Notes: generated by a model from the sequence alone, not told the origin. DNA of 64,000 nucleotides from Microbotryum violaceum (GCA_001244265.2 CDLV01000005.1:2294001-2358000), one strand, 5' to 3'. Shown: positions 39,508 through 52,720, counted from the stretch's first letter. Numbers and translations: made by a program.

Positions 39508-42500
39508 CTACAGCAATTGCGCACGGGCCTCTTCGAGCGTCAAGACGTTCATCTTGGTCGGCTTTTCGTTCACGTTCTGACAGGGCGCAGATGAGTCCAG
39601 TCAGCTCATGACAAGTCGAGTGGGATAAGTAGACCTACGAGCTTGTGAAAGTCGAGCTGCCTGGCCAAGTGAGGCAAGTCGATCGGCAGCTTCGAAGGAG
39701 CGCAAAGCACCTGTCATCCCGCAACTCACAAGAGGTCAGCACCACATTCAACATCCCTCTCCAACGCTACGATCAACTCACATGAACAGCCTGCTTGAAC
39801 CCAAAACCTCGTTCCTTCCACCTACCTGCTAAATCCTCCGCCGCAGCCATCGCCACTTCAATCTCGGCCTTCCTACCTTTACACATCGCAGGTACGACGA
39901 TCCAATGTTCTGCGAAACCGCCATCGACGAGCGAGACGTGGTTCTTGGGAAGATCGATCGGCTCGATTCGTCGGATCGAACTGGTCGATTCGAATGCGAT
40001 GACCGAGACGGGGGGAGGGAGTAAAGGTCGGAAACGCCAGTAGTAACTCGATGCGATCTCGAGGCCGTCGAGGCCGTGCCAAAAGTAGGCCGTCTCCTTG
40101 CCTTGTTGTAGGATCGTGACTTGACGACCATCGGCGATCGATTCGGCAAACTCGAAGCAAGCGTCTTGCTCCTGAGCGTTGCTGGCGACGCCCATCCATG
40201 CATACACCTCGCCAACGATCGAGAAGACAGTGCAATGGCCGGAACAGATGCTTCGGGATGTCTTCAAAGCAGGACAGAAAGAGCAAGGTCAGTGATGACA
40301 CCCCAGCATCGCGTATGAACTTGTCCGCTTACGAGATCTTGCTCTTCGATGAAAGCGACCTCGTCGACGGTTTGCACAGAGTAGAGTCGAGTAGCGAGAT
40401 GGTCAAACTCGTCCCGAAGCCCCTGTGTCAACAAGACATTCATCAGGTCTACAGTTCTCGGAGCTATTCTTCCGTTCCTCGCTCACCCTACAGATCGTAA
40501 TCTGATCACCAAACACCTCTCCCAAAGTCTTCGTTTCCTGCCTATACCTCAAGCGCTGCGCCTCGTGCACACGCTCCCTCTTGAGGATCTCATTGATCTG
40601 ACCCTCCACTCGATGACCGATCGGAGGCGTCTCGTCACCAATCCAGATGAAGACCGTCGTCGAGTCGGGTGACACTTGCCGATGGACGATGGCGAGTATC
40701 TCGGTGCGGTAGAACATGTGATTGTGATCGATGGGGTCGCGGTCCTGCGTCAAAAGAGAGTACACATCCGTCGAGGCGGCAATCCCGGGGGGTAATCGGG
40801 TCGGCGATGGGGTGTTAAGAGCGAGCGCAACGGCGGCTTTCACGGCTTTTGAATCTGTTGACGACTTTGAAGGTGCGGCAGCTGAGCTGATCTTATCCTG
40901 TGAAGATCGGGGAGCGGCTGATGACGAGAACTGGGGCAGTCCCTTCACCATGGGTGCCGGCGCAACTGGCGGGCTTGCGTTCCTAGCCAGTGTCGGAACT
41001 GGTTTCGGAGCAAAGTTGTTATCCGTGGGGGCAGGCTGAGACACACGTTCAGTTTGAGTAGATGGTAGAGTGCGATTGGGCATCACAGGCGACGTTCGAG
41101 GACTGGCGACCCTGATTCCGTACGACTCCTTGATCGACAATGCAGCCAATGCCGCCGCGGTCTGGCTCGGTTGGGAGGCGTGTCCCCACTGCGCGACGAC
41201 GTTGCGCACCGAGGTCGGACTTGAAGGTCTCGAAATGGACGCTGCAGACTCCACGGTAGGAGCAGCAGCTGGTGTGGGGGCGTTCATACCAGGAAGGGCG
41301 GTACCTCGCGTGTACTTCGGCTCGGGAAGTCCTTCCGGTCGGACGGGGGCAGATTTTGGAGAGGCGTGAGGGGTGTCTTTGACGCCAATAGGGGGGCCAC
41401 TCCAGCCTCGGCTCGGTGCGGAAGGGGCCAGTGCCGCACTCGTGTTCGTATTTGGTAGAGGCGTGCTCGTCTGCTTGGCCGGTGGTGGAGCGGTTGAAGC
41501 TGCTTCGCCGCTTGGTGTGTCCCGATTCCATCGGTCCAACACACTCGATCTCCTGGCGGCATCGCGACGAGGAGCGAAATCGAAGTCGCTCGCGCTTTCC
41601 GACGGGGCCGGAGCTCGCATGCCAGGGCTGTTGGCCGCAACCATTCCCGGCAAGGCGTAAGCACCTACGAACCCCCGACGAGCATGAGCCGGTCCTTCTT
41701 CGCTGGCGGCCTGAGGTGCAGGCTGATTAAGTCTCGGTCCAGACGCTTTGGACCCCATGATCGCGGCCAGAGACATGGCCGCAGCTTCCTTCTTTTGGGG
41801 CAAACCAGTTGCATCAAGTGACCTAGTGCCCATCCCTTCCTTTTCGACCGTTTGCCCCCATCGAGAAGCGACGCCGACCTTGACGCTCGATTCGTTAGCC
41901 TTGTTCCCCTTTATCAACGTCGCCAGACTGACGCCCGTCGGAGCAGCGCCGGCAAGGCTCGATCCGTTGTTCGCATTCTTCCACTTGGACCTCGTCACTT
42001 CCATCTCGCGTTCGAGTCGTTCAGTCTCCTCCTTTTCCTGCTCGGTCATGCCCGTTCCGATACGATGACGAGGTGGGGCTTTGGCGGCACCACTCATGAA
42101 GGAAGCGAGGGAAGCTCCCCCACTTGCGCCTGCTGAAGGTTGGGCCCCACGCGAGGCGAGGGCGATGATGTTCTCGCGCGCTGAAGCGGTATCACGAGGA
42201 TCGGAAATTTCGCCATCAGATGGGTCGGATGCGTGCGTGCGCCGCCTGAGTCGTTCTTGGCGCGACCGCTCAATCTCCTGCGAGTGCGAGCGCGGGGGGT
42301 TGAGGCATGTCGCGGGCGAAACGGAGGCGTGCAAGTGGGGCACGAGTGGTACACACGAGTCAGCGGTCATATTTACCATTACGCTCATCCCACACGGTGC
42401 CAGACTGGAAGATAAAACTGACCTCCTCCAACGAGGCATCGCCACCTTGTTGCGCCGCAGCGTCACTGGACATGATGCCCGACTGATGAGCCCCAACCGA

Positions 42501-42749
42501 ACCCGTTCCCGCACTGAAACTCGACCCAAGACGAGGCGAAGGCGAACCCGAGGGTGACGGTAAGCCCTGTTGATGGGGCGGGTGCTGCGATCGCCTACGG
42601 GTATGGTACTTGGACGCTCCGGGAGAGAGCGACGCGCTTGGGAAAGCTGGAAGGGTCACGGGCGGAAGCGGTGACGATACGGGCTCGTAGGCGGAGACAG
42701 ACTGCACCCGGGAGGCTTCTTGGTACGCACTCAAGTGATCGTGGTCCAT
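39508..42749 (-). CDS. Gelsolin/villin-repeat protein with a long Pro/Ser-rich N terminus
   Basis: C-terminal FYRTEILAIVHR..VFIWIG, RLYSVQ, SICSGHCTVFS..VYAWMG and QQGKETAYFW, typical of fungal gelsolin-repeat proteins. The last exon ends EEARAQLL-TAG. Confidence 0.72.
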
Positions 42750-43028
42750 AGAGGTGGTCGACGACCAAGAGCAGCAGACTGTCCAGCGGAGTACTGCCCT
42801 TTGCGATTAGTCTTGCAGGGCGAGCGGTGTGACGACGAGAGCGTGACCCGGCAATGCCAAGCACGGTTCTCCAGCGCATTTGGTAGCAGCTGTGCTAGCT
42901 GTGAGCGCGTGAGCAGTGACGCTAGTGACGCGAGACGCGCGGTCGCTCGGTCACTGGGAATTCCACCGAATTTTTATTCGATCCTAAACGATCACACACT
43001 GTTTCAAATCTACACGCCCCTCATCCTC

Positions 43029-43573
43029 TCATCCACATGGACCACTATTCGAAAACACCCGCCTCGAAATCAAACACCCAAACGCCAATCAACTTACTCT
43101 TGCCATCATCGGCTAATTTGCCCCCCAACATCTCTTTGAACGCCTGATGGGCCGGATCGCGGTCGAGGTAGTAGTCCCTTTCTTGCTTGTTGCGGAAGGT
43201 GAGGATAAAGGTGTGCTTGAGGCGGGGGCAGTGGAAGCCAAAGATTCGGCGAGTGGGGATTTAGTACTTCAATCCGACTGTGAGTCGACGGATCACCGCA
43301 CTACACCGCACTCACCTCGAACCCTCTACTAAACCCTTCAGGTGAATTATTACACCCCCCGCTACATTCGACGATATACCTCCCTCCATCCAAAGTCTCC
43401 CCTTCCACTCTGGCTTCGTCGCTCTCTGCCTCTGCCTGAGTATTGGCGTAGAAATCCTTTGGCAGTGCGCATCTTTCCTTCAGAGCCAGAAATGACGAAG
43501 CGATCAAGTGCTTCTCCGAGGAGGAAACGGTGGGCGCGTAGGTGAAGGAGACGATGTGGGTGATCAGACCCAT
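43029..43573 (-). CDS. Stress-responsive A/B barrel (Dabb) protein
   Basis: Two exons: ITHIVSF..FLALKERC..YIVECSGGCNNSPEG..GFE|HTFILTF..ERDYYLDRDPAHQAFK..VWVFDFEAG. Confidence 0.9.
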
Positions 43574-44028
43574 CGCTGATCACTAGTAGAGAACGAGCAA
43601 GCGGGGTCAAAGGTCGGAGTGAAATACAGAGGTTGATATGGAACGCGGGCAATGTAGATGATGGACGGCAGAAATTGTGCTTGGTTGGGCAGAGCGGCAA
43701 GGGGAGGAGGAGGAAAGCCGACCCGGCAGGACCTCGAGCCGAGGCTTGATCGTCATCATGTGGAGCGCCCCCCACATAAAGTTTGGCTTGGCCAGGAAAC
43801 AAGCCGCCGACTCACTCCTCGCCTCGAGGCCCCGACAAGGAAATGGCGAACGAATGCCGCGTTTTGTCACTACTACCACATTCTACTATTTTTTGAAGAA
43901 GAAAGCGTATCTACACGCCTTACAATCTCCAGCAAAAGAAAGGAATAGCATGCGAGCGATGGACCTCTATTTTTTGGTGTGCGTGTGCGTGCGCGTGCGC
44001 GTCAGCTGATCAAGCCCATTCAACATGA

Positions 44029-46945
44029 CTACGTGTCCATCGAGAACGGGATCTCGTCCTCTTCCAGCCTCTCATCCGGATCGTCCTCCATTACCTCCGG
44101 CTTCGACAGCGGGCTGGCCATACCCATAACCGGATGCCCACCATTCGACATCCCCCTCGCCACCTTCGAAGGTCTCGCTGACGTCATCGGGGAAGAAGAA
44201 GACGACGACAAGCTAGCCACATTGGCCCAGGTCTTGATCGTCGTAGGTTGTGCGACCGATCGATCGGTCGTACCCCATGCGCCCGTCGGTGCTGCCGGTG
44301 GAGGGGACTTGGATAAGCCGAGATTGCCCCCCATCGTTCTCCAAGGCGAGCCGATCGCGGTGGTCATCGTCCCCAGCGAGCTCGGTGGCGTATCACCCGT
44401 ATGCAACGGTGGGATCAAGTGGAGTTGCGAGAGACCAGCAGCAAGACCACCTGGCAACGATCCAGGTGCAGGGAGAGGGTTGAGTGAAGGCGAAAGCTCT
44501 GCACCAGCTTTAACAGGAGGTCGCAAGCCAAAGTTTGATGTTGGGGGGTCAAAGGTCGACGAGTACAGATTGCGATTCGGGGAGGTGAGATAAGAAGGGC
44601 TGGAAGGAGATCCAGTTGCGCCTAATGCATCACGGGAAGTCGCGAGCAGGGACCGAGACGGCGTCATCTTGCTCGGGTTGAAAGCTGAGGCGGTCGGGTT
44701 CGTCCCTTCGGCGCTAGCACTGAGTGCACCCCATCCGCGTGTTGAGCTACTGGACGACGTCGAGAGGGTCGTGGGCGGCATGGGAGGTCGACCACGGGAG
44801 AGCATGAGATCTGGTGGTACCGATTGGCTGTTAAACGGGTTGAACGAGGGCGAGGCGAGGCCCATGCCGGCTCGACTCGCTCGCCTTCGCACTTCATCGG
44901 GTGTGAGAAGTTCGTTGAGCGAGGAGGGAAGGAAACCTTCGCTGTTGAAGACGTCATTGGTCTCGTCGTCGTCCCCATCCTCCGCGTTGTCCTCGAGTCC
45001 GAACGAGTTGGACGCACCGATCCCAAACAGGTTGCCACCGTTTCGGGACGAGTTGCAACGCATCTGCTCGGCCATGATGCCGCCTCTCGGTGGCGGAGAG
45101 CGCGCAGAACTGTCCTCGTTGCTGTCGTAGGACGAGGGCATGAAGAGCGCACGCGAGCCTCCGGAGAAGGGCGAAGTGCCAAAAATGCTGTGCGTGGGTG
45201 CCCCTGTACCAGCCCCAATCGAGGACGAGGACTGCATCGCGAGCGGTGGGGACATACCCATACCGAAATCCCCACGGGCGTGCGATGGTTCAGCGGGACG
45301 AGGTGGGGACAGCGACTCGCTTGTGCTCGACATGCGGCGCGCCTGCTGCCCGAGCATCACTTGGACGGCGACCGAGGACCGGGCATTGTTGGATGGGTTC
45401 GCGAGCTTGGCCGACATTTGCGAGAGCCCCGACGGTGCCGAGATGAAGATGGCGGTCGAGCCCGGTGACGACAGCTGCGACGAAGCCGCTGCGGTCGGGT
45501 CCGCTGATGTCGCGGGCATCGCACTACTCGTCGTACTCATTCCTTCCTCGCTTTCTGGCGGCCATCTCGATCCAGGGCTGGTCGACATTACCGCCGACGA
45601 CTGTTGGGGCGAGGTCGTCGTACCCGCTACTCGACTCCAGCTTTTCGCTCCCATGTCCCAGGGCTGTGCCGTACTACCGCTGGATTGAAAGATCTTGGCC
45701 AAACCGGAGGAGGGGAGCTGCGTTGGACTCGACCCGATTGCAGTAGAGGATGAGGTGGCGGAAGGTGAGGTCGAGGGATCGACGACATCTGCCGATGATG
45801 CATGGGCTTGCATCTGTGCGTGGGCCTGGGCATCTCGGAGGGCGGATTGGGCTGCTCTCTTGTTCTTGCGATCAAACGAGATGGGCTGTCCGGGTAGTAT
45901 GTGGGCGAGTGCGCACTAACTTCCAAAATGGTAATCGCAGGTCAGCGGCTGGGCCGATCACATGATCGTCGGGTTTCAAGCTCTTCGGAGCCGGCACGAC
46001 TTGCCTTGTGGGCGAACTTGCAGTTGCCTTGGGTGAAGAACTTGCAGACCGGTTTGGCCTGGTGCGAGTAGAGCAGAGTTTCAGTCCTGGTTTGGATCTA
46101 AGTCTGAAGATGCTACTACTCACTGTGCCAGGCGCGACGACCTCGTGCGAGAAGGAACATGCTGCTCCCGCCGTACAGCTCCCTGCGGCAAAGAATCGGC
46201 ACCGAACGTGGGACAGATCCTTGGCTGTGGTATAGATTAAAAAAAAAATCCACGATTAGCATTGCTTTTAGAGTAAAGGGGATGTACGAGAGCATGGCTT
46301 TGGGACGGCAGGGTGATCGGCTTGGCACGTGTCAGGCTGAGTACATGCACACGCGTTCGGAGCCATCGGATCCGATCGATAGCACCCGGACCGGCCGAGT
46401 CGGTACCGCTGAGCCCGTCGGCGGCTGAACTCCGGCTCGAGATCGGGGCCTGGGGCCTGGACTCGGCTGGGAGGGTGAATCTTGAAGGATGTTCGTTGAG
46501 GAATGTGCTCTTGCCAGGCGACAGTCGATAGTTATCGCACACTCGGACGCGACGGGCGGGCAGCGGAAGTGACCGGGTGGTCCGGGTGGGGTGGGGCGGA
46601 TGATGGGGGGGGGGGGGGGGGCACGAGCGTCGAGCGTATCGAGTGTGCAGATGACTGACCTTTGGAAGTCTTCTTGTCACTACCAGGTGGTGTCTGTACC
46701 TCTTTGACTGCCGAAACACTACGCGGTAGACGAGCTGCCGAGGCCAACGACGCGGTGGTCGTACTGCTCCAGCTCGGTATCGGTGCCGAAGCCGCCGCCG
46801 ACGAGGACGACGACGACGACGAGGTAACGGTCGATGTCGTGGCTTCGGCTGGGGCTAATGGGGTCAATTCGAGTACGGAGCCTGCAGCACTCCCCCTCCC
46901 CCGATCCGAGTCCGAGGAGGTGGCGGGTGCTACTTCCGCCGCCAT
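44029..46945 (-). CDS. Tandem CCCH zinc-finger protein (Lee1/Cps3-like)
   Basis: CRFFAAGSCTAGAACSFSH and CKFFTQGNCKFAHK|CALAH, then FLPSSLNELLTPDEVRRR, SLPGGLAAGLSQLHL and a C-terminal FSMD. Confidence 0.85.
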
Positions 46946-47176
46946 AGTCGGTGGGAGCAGGAAGCACGGGTCAGAGTGCCAAGTGAAGGATGACTGAGGT
47001 CAAGAGGGGCGCAGGGGCCGCCTGCCGTCTGGCCACTGACCGAATCATGAGCCTCTGAGCTAAATGACTGTTCAAAATGACGAGCGCGCGTCGAGTGCGC
47101 GTCGAGCTCGCGGTCGCAGACTGAGCTTCCACTTCCTAGCCATCACCACACAGCCACACAGCGTCATAGCACCACC

Positions 47177-48170
47177 ATGGCAGCAGCAGCAGCAGCAGCA
47201 GCAGCCTGTTCCTCATCAACCCGGACCCTCGCCTCCTCTGCCCGTCAAGCGCTCACCCCGATCCGATGGACCTACCTCCCCGACCCACTACCCTACTCGC
47301 TCGGGCTGCTCCTGCAGGAGTCCATCGTCGCCTCGCGCTGGGCCGCCAAATCTCGCCTCGCCGAAGCCAACTACACCTCTTCGGACCGAGCCGCACTCGA
47401 AAGGATCGCCCACACCGATGTGTTGTTGTTGTTGCAGCACAAGCCCGTTTTCACCGCTGGAAGGAGGGAAACGGACCCTGAAGCGCTGAGGATAGAGGGG
47501 GAGAGGCTGACGAAACAGGGGGCGGACTATGTTAGTACGATGAGGGGAGGGCAAACGACCTACCATGGACCAGGGCAGCTCGTCGGCTATTCATTGATGG
47601 ACCTCGTCGCTAGTGATGTGAGTCAGCAAACGTGCGCTCCTCCGTTCATCCGGCTCATGACACGTTGACTGACCCTCCCTGGCATCCGACCCCCAGCTCT
47701 CGACAAGATGTTACGTCGACCACCTCGAAAAATACCTCGAAACGCTCGCTCGCTCGCTCGGAGTACCCGTCTACCCACTCGAACACACCGGCGTCTTCAC
47801 CTCCCCCACTCTCAAAATAGGCTCCATCGGCATCCACATGCGACACCGCATCTCTCTTCACGGCTTCGCAATCAACGTCGAAGAACAGACTCGGCGCTGG
47901 TTCGACATGATCGTCGCGTGTGGACTCGACGACGTCAAGGCCACTTCCGCACAAGCCGAACTTTCCAAACTCGACTCAAAGAACTACGATGTAAAGGTCG
48001 AGGATCTAGTCCCAACAGCTGCCAAGGAATTTGGCAAGCAGTACGGTCGAGGGATCGAGGAACTCAGGGAAGGTGACGAGTTCGTCGAACTGAGAAAGAT
48101 GATTGACGATGGCGTCAAGGGCAAACTACCGCCTCTCAAAGACTTGAGGGAGAAAAAGGTGGCAGCTTAG
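47177..48170 (+). CDS. LIP2: Mitochondrial lipoyl(octanoyl) transferase LipB
   Basis: LLLLQHKPVFTAGRR, RGGQTTYHGPGQLVGY, KIGSIGIH and ISLHGFAIN..FDMIVACGL. Two exons. The N-terminal poly-Ala comes from a (CAG)n repeat. Confidence 0.95.
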
Positions 48171-48219
48171 ACTGAAGTTTTATGGAGAATGTACAGGATA
48201 AATACGGATGAATATGTGC

Positions 48220-50014
48220 TCATTGGTAGATGTGGCCCGAGATCGCAATCTCCTTCTCGGCATCGAGCCCACGCCCTTCTGATTCGCCCTGTCGCACGAG
48301 AGGCATCACGCCGCGTCCGAACGCTTCAATTTCTGTATGGAAGATGGCAATGGGGCTGAGAAGTGATTTTGGAGGCTCTTCGGTGCTGAAGACTCACCCT
48401 CTTGGAAGTGCAAGAATGCGGTCAAGACAAAGTCGATCCCGAGCGACCGGAACAGGAGGATTCGATCGGCGACTTGTCGAGCGGTACCAATCAATTTGCT
48501 CTCTGCAGAAGGAGAATTTCAGGGGCTGGTGATTTTGTCGTCTGTACTATCGGGAAAATATTGCCAACGACTCACTGAAACCATCATTGTACTGAACCAA
48601 ATCATTAACATCGCTATTGGCCCACATACCCTTCTTATCCGAAGCCGAAGCGCCCGCATTCATAGCCTGCTGAAGAAACCCCTGTACCGCCTCGGTATCG
48701 GCCTTGCCCACAATCTCCCTCCACACCGCCAAAGCCTCCTCCTCCGTCTCGCGCACGATGACAAACGCATTGATGCCTAGACGGACCTGACCTGCTCGAC
48801 CTTCCTTGAGGGCGCGTTCCTTGGTATCGTCGATCAACTCGCGGATATCGGCGATCGTCTTTTGACCGTTCAGGAGCAAGAGGTCCGAAACTCGGGCGGC
48901 CATACCGCGTGCATCAGCAGAGTTGCCGCCTTGAAAGATCTCGGGACCGTTCTTTTGAATGGGTTGCGGTCGGAGAGGGTAGTTATTGTCTTTTTGGCCG
49001 GTGATGAGCAGCAAAGGAAGATGGGAGTCAGCAAATGTTGCAGGCTCTCTATCTAACCCGTTGCCATCAGACAAGCGCAAAGCGCACTCACACTGATAAA
49101 AGTTGCCATGAAAAGCTACCAGAATTCAGGACATGGCGGTTGAAGATTCAGTAAAAAAATCGATGTGGAACTTAAACAACGTGGCTGGACCTCGACTTAC
49201 TGAAACTCTCCGGTGCCGTCCAGATCCCGCGCAAGACCTTGATGAACTCTTCTGACCGTCTGTAGCGCTCTCCATGATCGAGCCACGGTTCGTTGATCGC
49301 TTGGAACTCGCCCTTGAACCAGCCGGAGACGATGTTGACGGCCACACGACCGTTTGAATAATGGTCGATCGAAGCGAGTTGCTTCGCTGCCAGTGTGGGG
49401 TTCCTAAAGAAGTGGGCGAGGACGAAGAGGCCTTGTCAGCGAGGTCTCGCGGATTGTCAAGTCGAAACTCCAGAGGTCAGATATACAAGACTTACCAGGG
49501 TCCAGGTAAGATAGCGATGATGAGTTTGAGCTTGGTTGTGTGGGCCAGTAAGTGCTGCGAGAACGAGGCGCTTTCATGCTGGAACTCGGCACCATAACCA
49601 CCCATGAAGCGAATTTGCGTTAAAGCGTGGGAGAAGCCGACACTTTCGGCAATTTGTGCCAATTTGACCTGGTACGGTTGGGGCCAAATGCTTGAGCTCA
49701 GGAATGATGGTGAAAGGCACCTAAAGCCTGTCGGTCCAAACGATCGGAAAGTGACGTGGGAGGTATGTCCAATGTTGTCACTCACGTTGTACTCGGGGGA
49801 CCAATCGGTGCGTTGTTCGATCTTGCTGACAACCAAACCTCCCGAAACGTTCGGCACCCCTGCAGAATGAGACGGGTAAGGAATGGGTTTCGGTAGATCA
49901 TGGATTCAACCGCGCTGCACTGCAGTGGGGCTCACAATAACCGAACTGAAGTGGAGCCCGGGCCGCTTCGTCCGAGTCACCTCTAGCGCTGGCAAAGGCT
50001 TCGGTGGAGGGCAT
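48220..50014 (-). CDS. sfnG: Dimethylsulfone monooxygenase SfnG-like luciferase-family FMNH2-dependent monooxygenase
   Basis: Eight exons and an intact frame: FGYWVPNVSGGLVVSKIEQRTDW..KLAQIAE..GFSHALTQIRFMGGYGAEFQHES..IIAILPGPW..GRVAVNIVSGWFKGEF..EPWLDHGERYRRSEEFI..FQGGNS..GMWANS..DLVQYNDGF..FLHFQEE. This closely matches Pseudomonas SfnG as I recall it. Confidence 0.9.
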
Positions 50015-50474
50015 GGTGGACGTGAGCGTTGGTGTTGAGATAAGTCACCGAGCGAATTGGTAGACTGTCCTTTGAAGTACAAGGACAGAGTGCAACTATT
50101 GCTCACATTGCGGGGTTCGCGATCAGTGGTCTGCATCGCGGTCCCCAAACTCCAATACCGCCGCGCAGGACACTGCCCCCTCTCGTCACTTGTTCCAGGC
50201 GGCGCGCGGTGGCGTGCTCGCGCAGTGAGGGCGTCGACCGGTCACTAGCGCTCGCGTCATCTTGAACTTTGGCGCATTTTGAGTCGTGAAAATGAAACGT
50301 TCTATTTAAGTCTCGGGAGACGATCTAGCGGACTATATCTAGGCACAGCCCCGCAATTGACTTGTTGGCAGCTCGCAAGTAGCTTCTGCTTCCCCGCGGG
50401 TCTACTTTGCTTTCGTGACACGGGTCACCGCGGAAGCACGCATTGGCCAAAAACGGGATCATACAATATCAAAT

Positions 50475-52067
50475 TCATGCGTGGGAAATGCGAACTACTA
50501 TCCGGCCAAATCCACACTCGCCTCTTCTCAATCGATCGAGCCCGTTCTGTGCAGTGCAAAGTATGTGCAGCCTGTCAGCACTCGAGCTCGGTCTTTTTCA
50601 CTCATGTATATGACAATCTCCTTACGTTCACTGCTTCGAGCCCTCCATGAATCACTTCCACCGCGGGTAAAACCAACTCATTGTTGCCGATCAGCTCCTC
50701 GAGCAGGCGCATCAATCCTGAGCCGACGGCGGCGTTGGTGTGAAACGTTTTGATTGGCTGGTATAGGTCGAGATCGGTTTTCTCATTAGTTTATGGTCAT
50801 GTTGAAGATAGCTGATACTTGATCCGACTGACGACTTCACAAAGTCTAACTCCCGAGCGAGCGGTCTTGGGTAAACCCGAGAGGCCGACCAAATAAGTGT
50901 CTGCTGACAGGGACAGAGCTTCCAGAGCGTGCGAGGCACTGGTCTTGCCGACGCAATCGATAGCGTACCGCAGTGCACCACCTGTGATCTCTCGAATCTT
51001 GGCCACCGCAGCGATTGGGTCGTCTCGATCTACGACGTGCTCTGCGAAGAGGAGAGAGACGAGCGATCAGCCAAGCCTCCTAACTTCCAGACCGAAGTCG
51101 CAAGGCGCTGACCACACTGACCGATGCCGACCGCACGAAGTCGCTCCTCATGCCGCTCTCTGTTGGCTACTGCTATCACTCTCAATCCCGCTGTCTTGGC
51201 TAACTGTGTCGCCAAGTAGCCTGATGTCGTAGAACCTGATAGATTTAGTCAAAGAGGTGTGAGCTCATGCACCCCGATCCGAGTCCCCACCTTTACGCGA
51301 TGCTCTTACCTCCCCAGATCAGAATCCAGTCACCAAACTGTGCCGAAGGTTCTTGGATTGGAGTTGGCGAACCGGTCGTCTTGACCCACTCAGGAGACTC
51401 GCCTTCGGCCCCGATGGCGAGGGAGCGAGGCGCGAACCCGCGGATCGCGATCCCGAGTGCCGAGCCAATAGCGAGTGCGGCAGCGACTGCTCCAACACCT
51501 GCCAGAGATGAATTTACAACATGTTACAGGATGTTAGGCTCCGAGCTGGAAGGGTTGGTGTGGAGCAGACAGCATCTCTTACCAAGGGCAGCGCATTGCT
51601 CAACGCTCGATTTGACTGGGACCGAGCCCAAGCAATGTTCCGAGGCGACCGCAAATTCCTGGAAAGCTGATGTCCTGTAATCGCGATAGGCCGTCGAGGG
51701 TCCAAAAACGAGGTCACCAAATCTCCACCTCTGAACGTTCGATCCGACCCCGACCACGACGCCGGCCAAATCGCGGCCATTCAGGGCGGGAAGCACCTGA
51801 GATCAAAGAACATCGTTAAGGGTCTTCAGGAGCGCGTACTAGGCGAAGAGTGTTTGGATGTGTCCAGGTAAGTTAGGTACTTACCGGAAGAGCAAAACCG
51901 TAGTCAGCCGATTTGTGATCGATGGGGTTGAGACCGATGGCTTCGATGCGGATTAACACCTCGTCGTCATGGAAGGTGGGCACCTCAATCTCCGAGAGCT
52001 GGTACCTCTGCCGAGGCGCGTGCAGCAGCAGCGCTTGTTGAACGGTCGGGCCGACAAAGACACTCAT
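50475..52067 (-). CDS. MDR/GroES-fold NAD(P)H oxidoreductase (enoyl-reductase/ToxD-like)
   Basis: Seven exons and an intact frame: EVLIRIEAIGLNPIDHK, GRDLAGVV, YRDYRTSAFQEFAV, WILIWGGSTTSGYLATQLAK and AIDCVG. Confidence 0.88.
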
Positions 52068-52373
52068 ATTATGAAAGGTATAGATGATAGTATCCAAGAA
52101 TGATGGAAGACGATAAGCGAAGGCTCGCCTGAGCGACTGACGAGGGTATTGGTGAGAGAGTTTGGATGCGGAGCAAGCGCGGAAGGTGCGGTGTCTGAAG
52201 GGTCGAGTCGTGCAATCGCTACTCGGCGAGCGGGTGAGCATCCGTCCGGGTTTGACTAAGCAGGTGGCTCTTTCTCTTCACTTCACTGTGAGAGCTGGGG
52301 CCTTGACGCGGCGTTGTGCGCTCACAGCGGGGCGCTCGGCTATTCCGCCGTGGGCCTAAGAAAATCAGGGGCT

Positions 52374-52720
52374 GATTGCGCAATCTCGCCAAACGTGCTC
52401 GCACGTCACAGCGGTGCCGCGGGTCAGATCGAGCACGGCATTCGGTTCGTCAGGGTGATCGAGCAAGAAGCCGAATTGACGACAGTAGTGAAGGCTGGTA
52501 CCGCTTTCATTTTTTCAAGAGCGCTTGAACTTGTCCGCGCTAAGGTAAGTAGTAGGTACATTGGACTTTCGATCAAGAGTGCACGTGACCTCGGCGCCCA
52601 GCCTGCTCACTAGCAGCGACTGGAAGGGGCCTCCATTCCCAGGGTGTCCCTTCCTCGATAAATGCGCCATCCCGGTTAATGAGCACTTGCTCCAAGAGTC
52701 ATGGCGCGGTATAGCGCAAT
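52374..52720. promoter_or_regulatory. Candidate bZIP- and Cbf1-type sites in the divergent promoter of the oxidoreductase and monooxygenase genes
   Basis: Palindrome GATTGCGCAATC (52374-52385), GCACGTGAC = rc GTCACGTGC (52581-52589), AATGCGCCAT (52661-52670) and ATAGCGCAAT (52711-52720). Confidence 0.35.
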
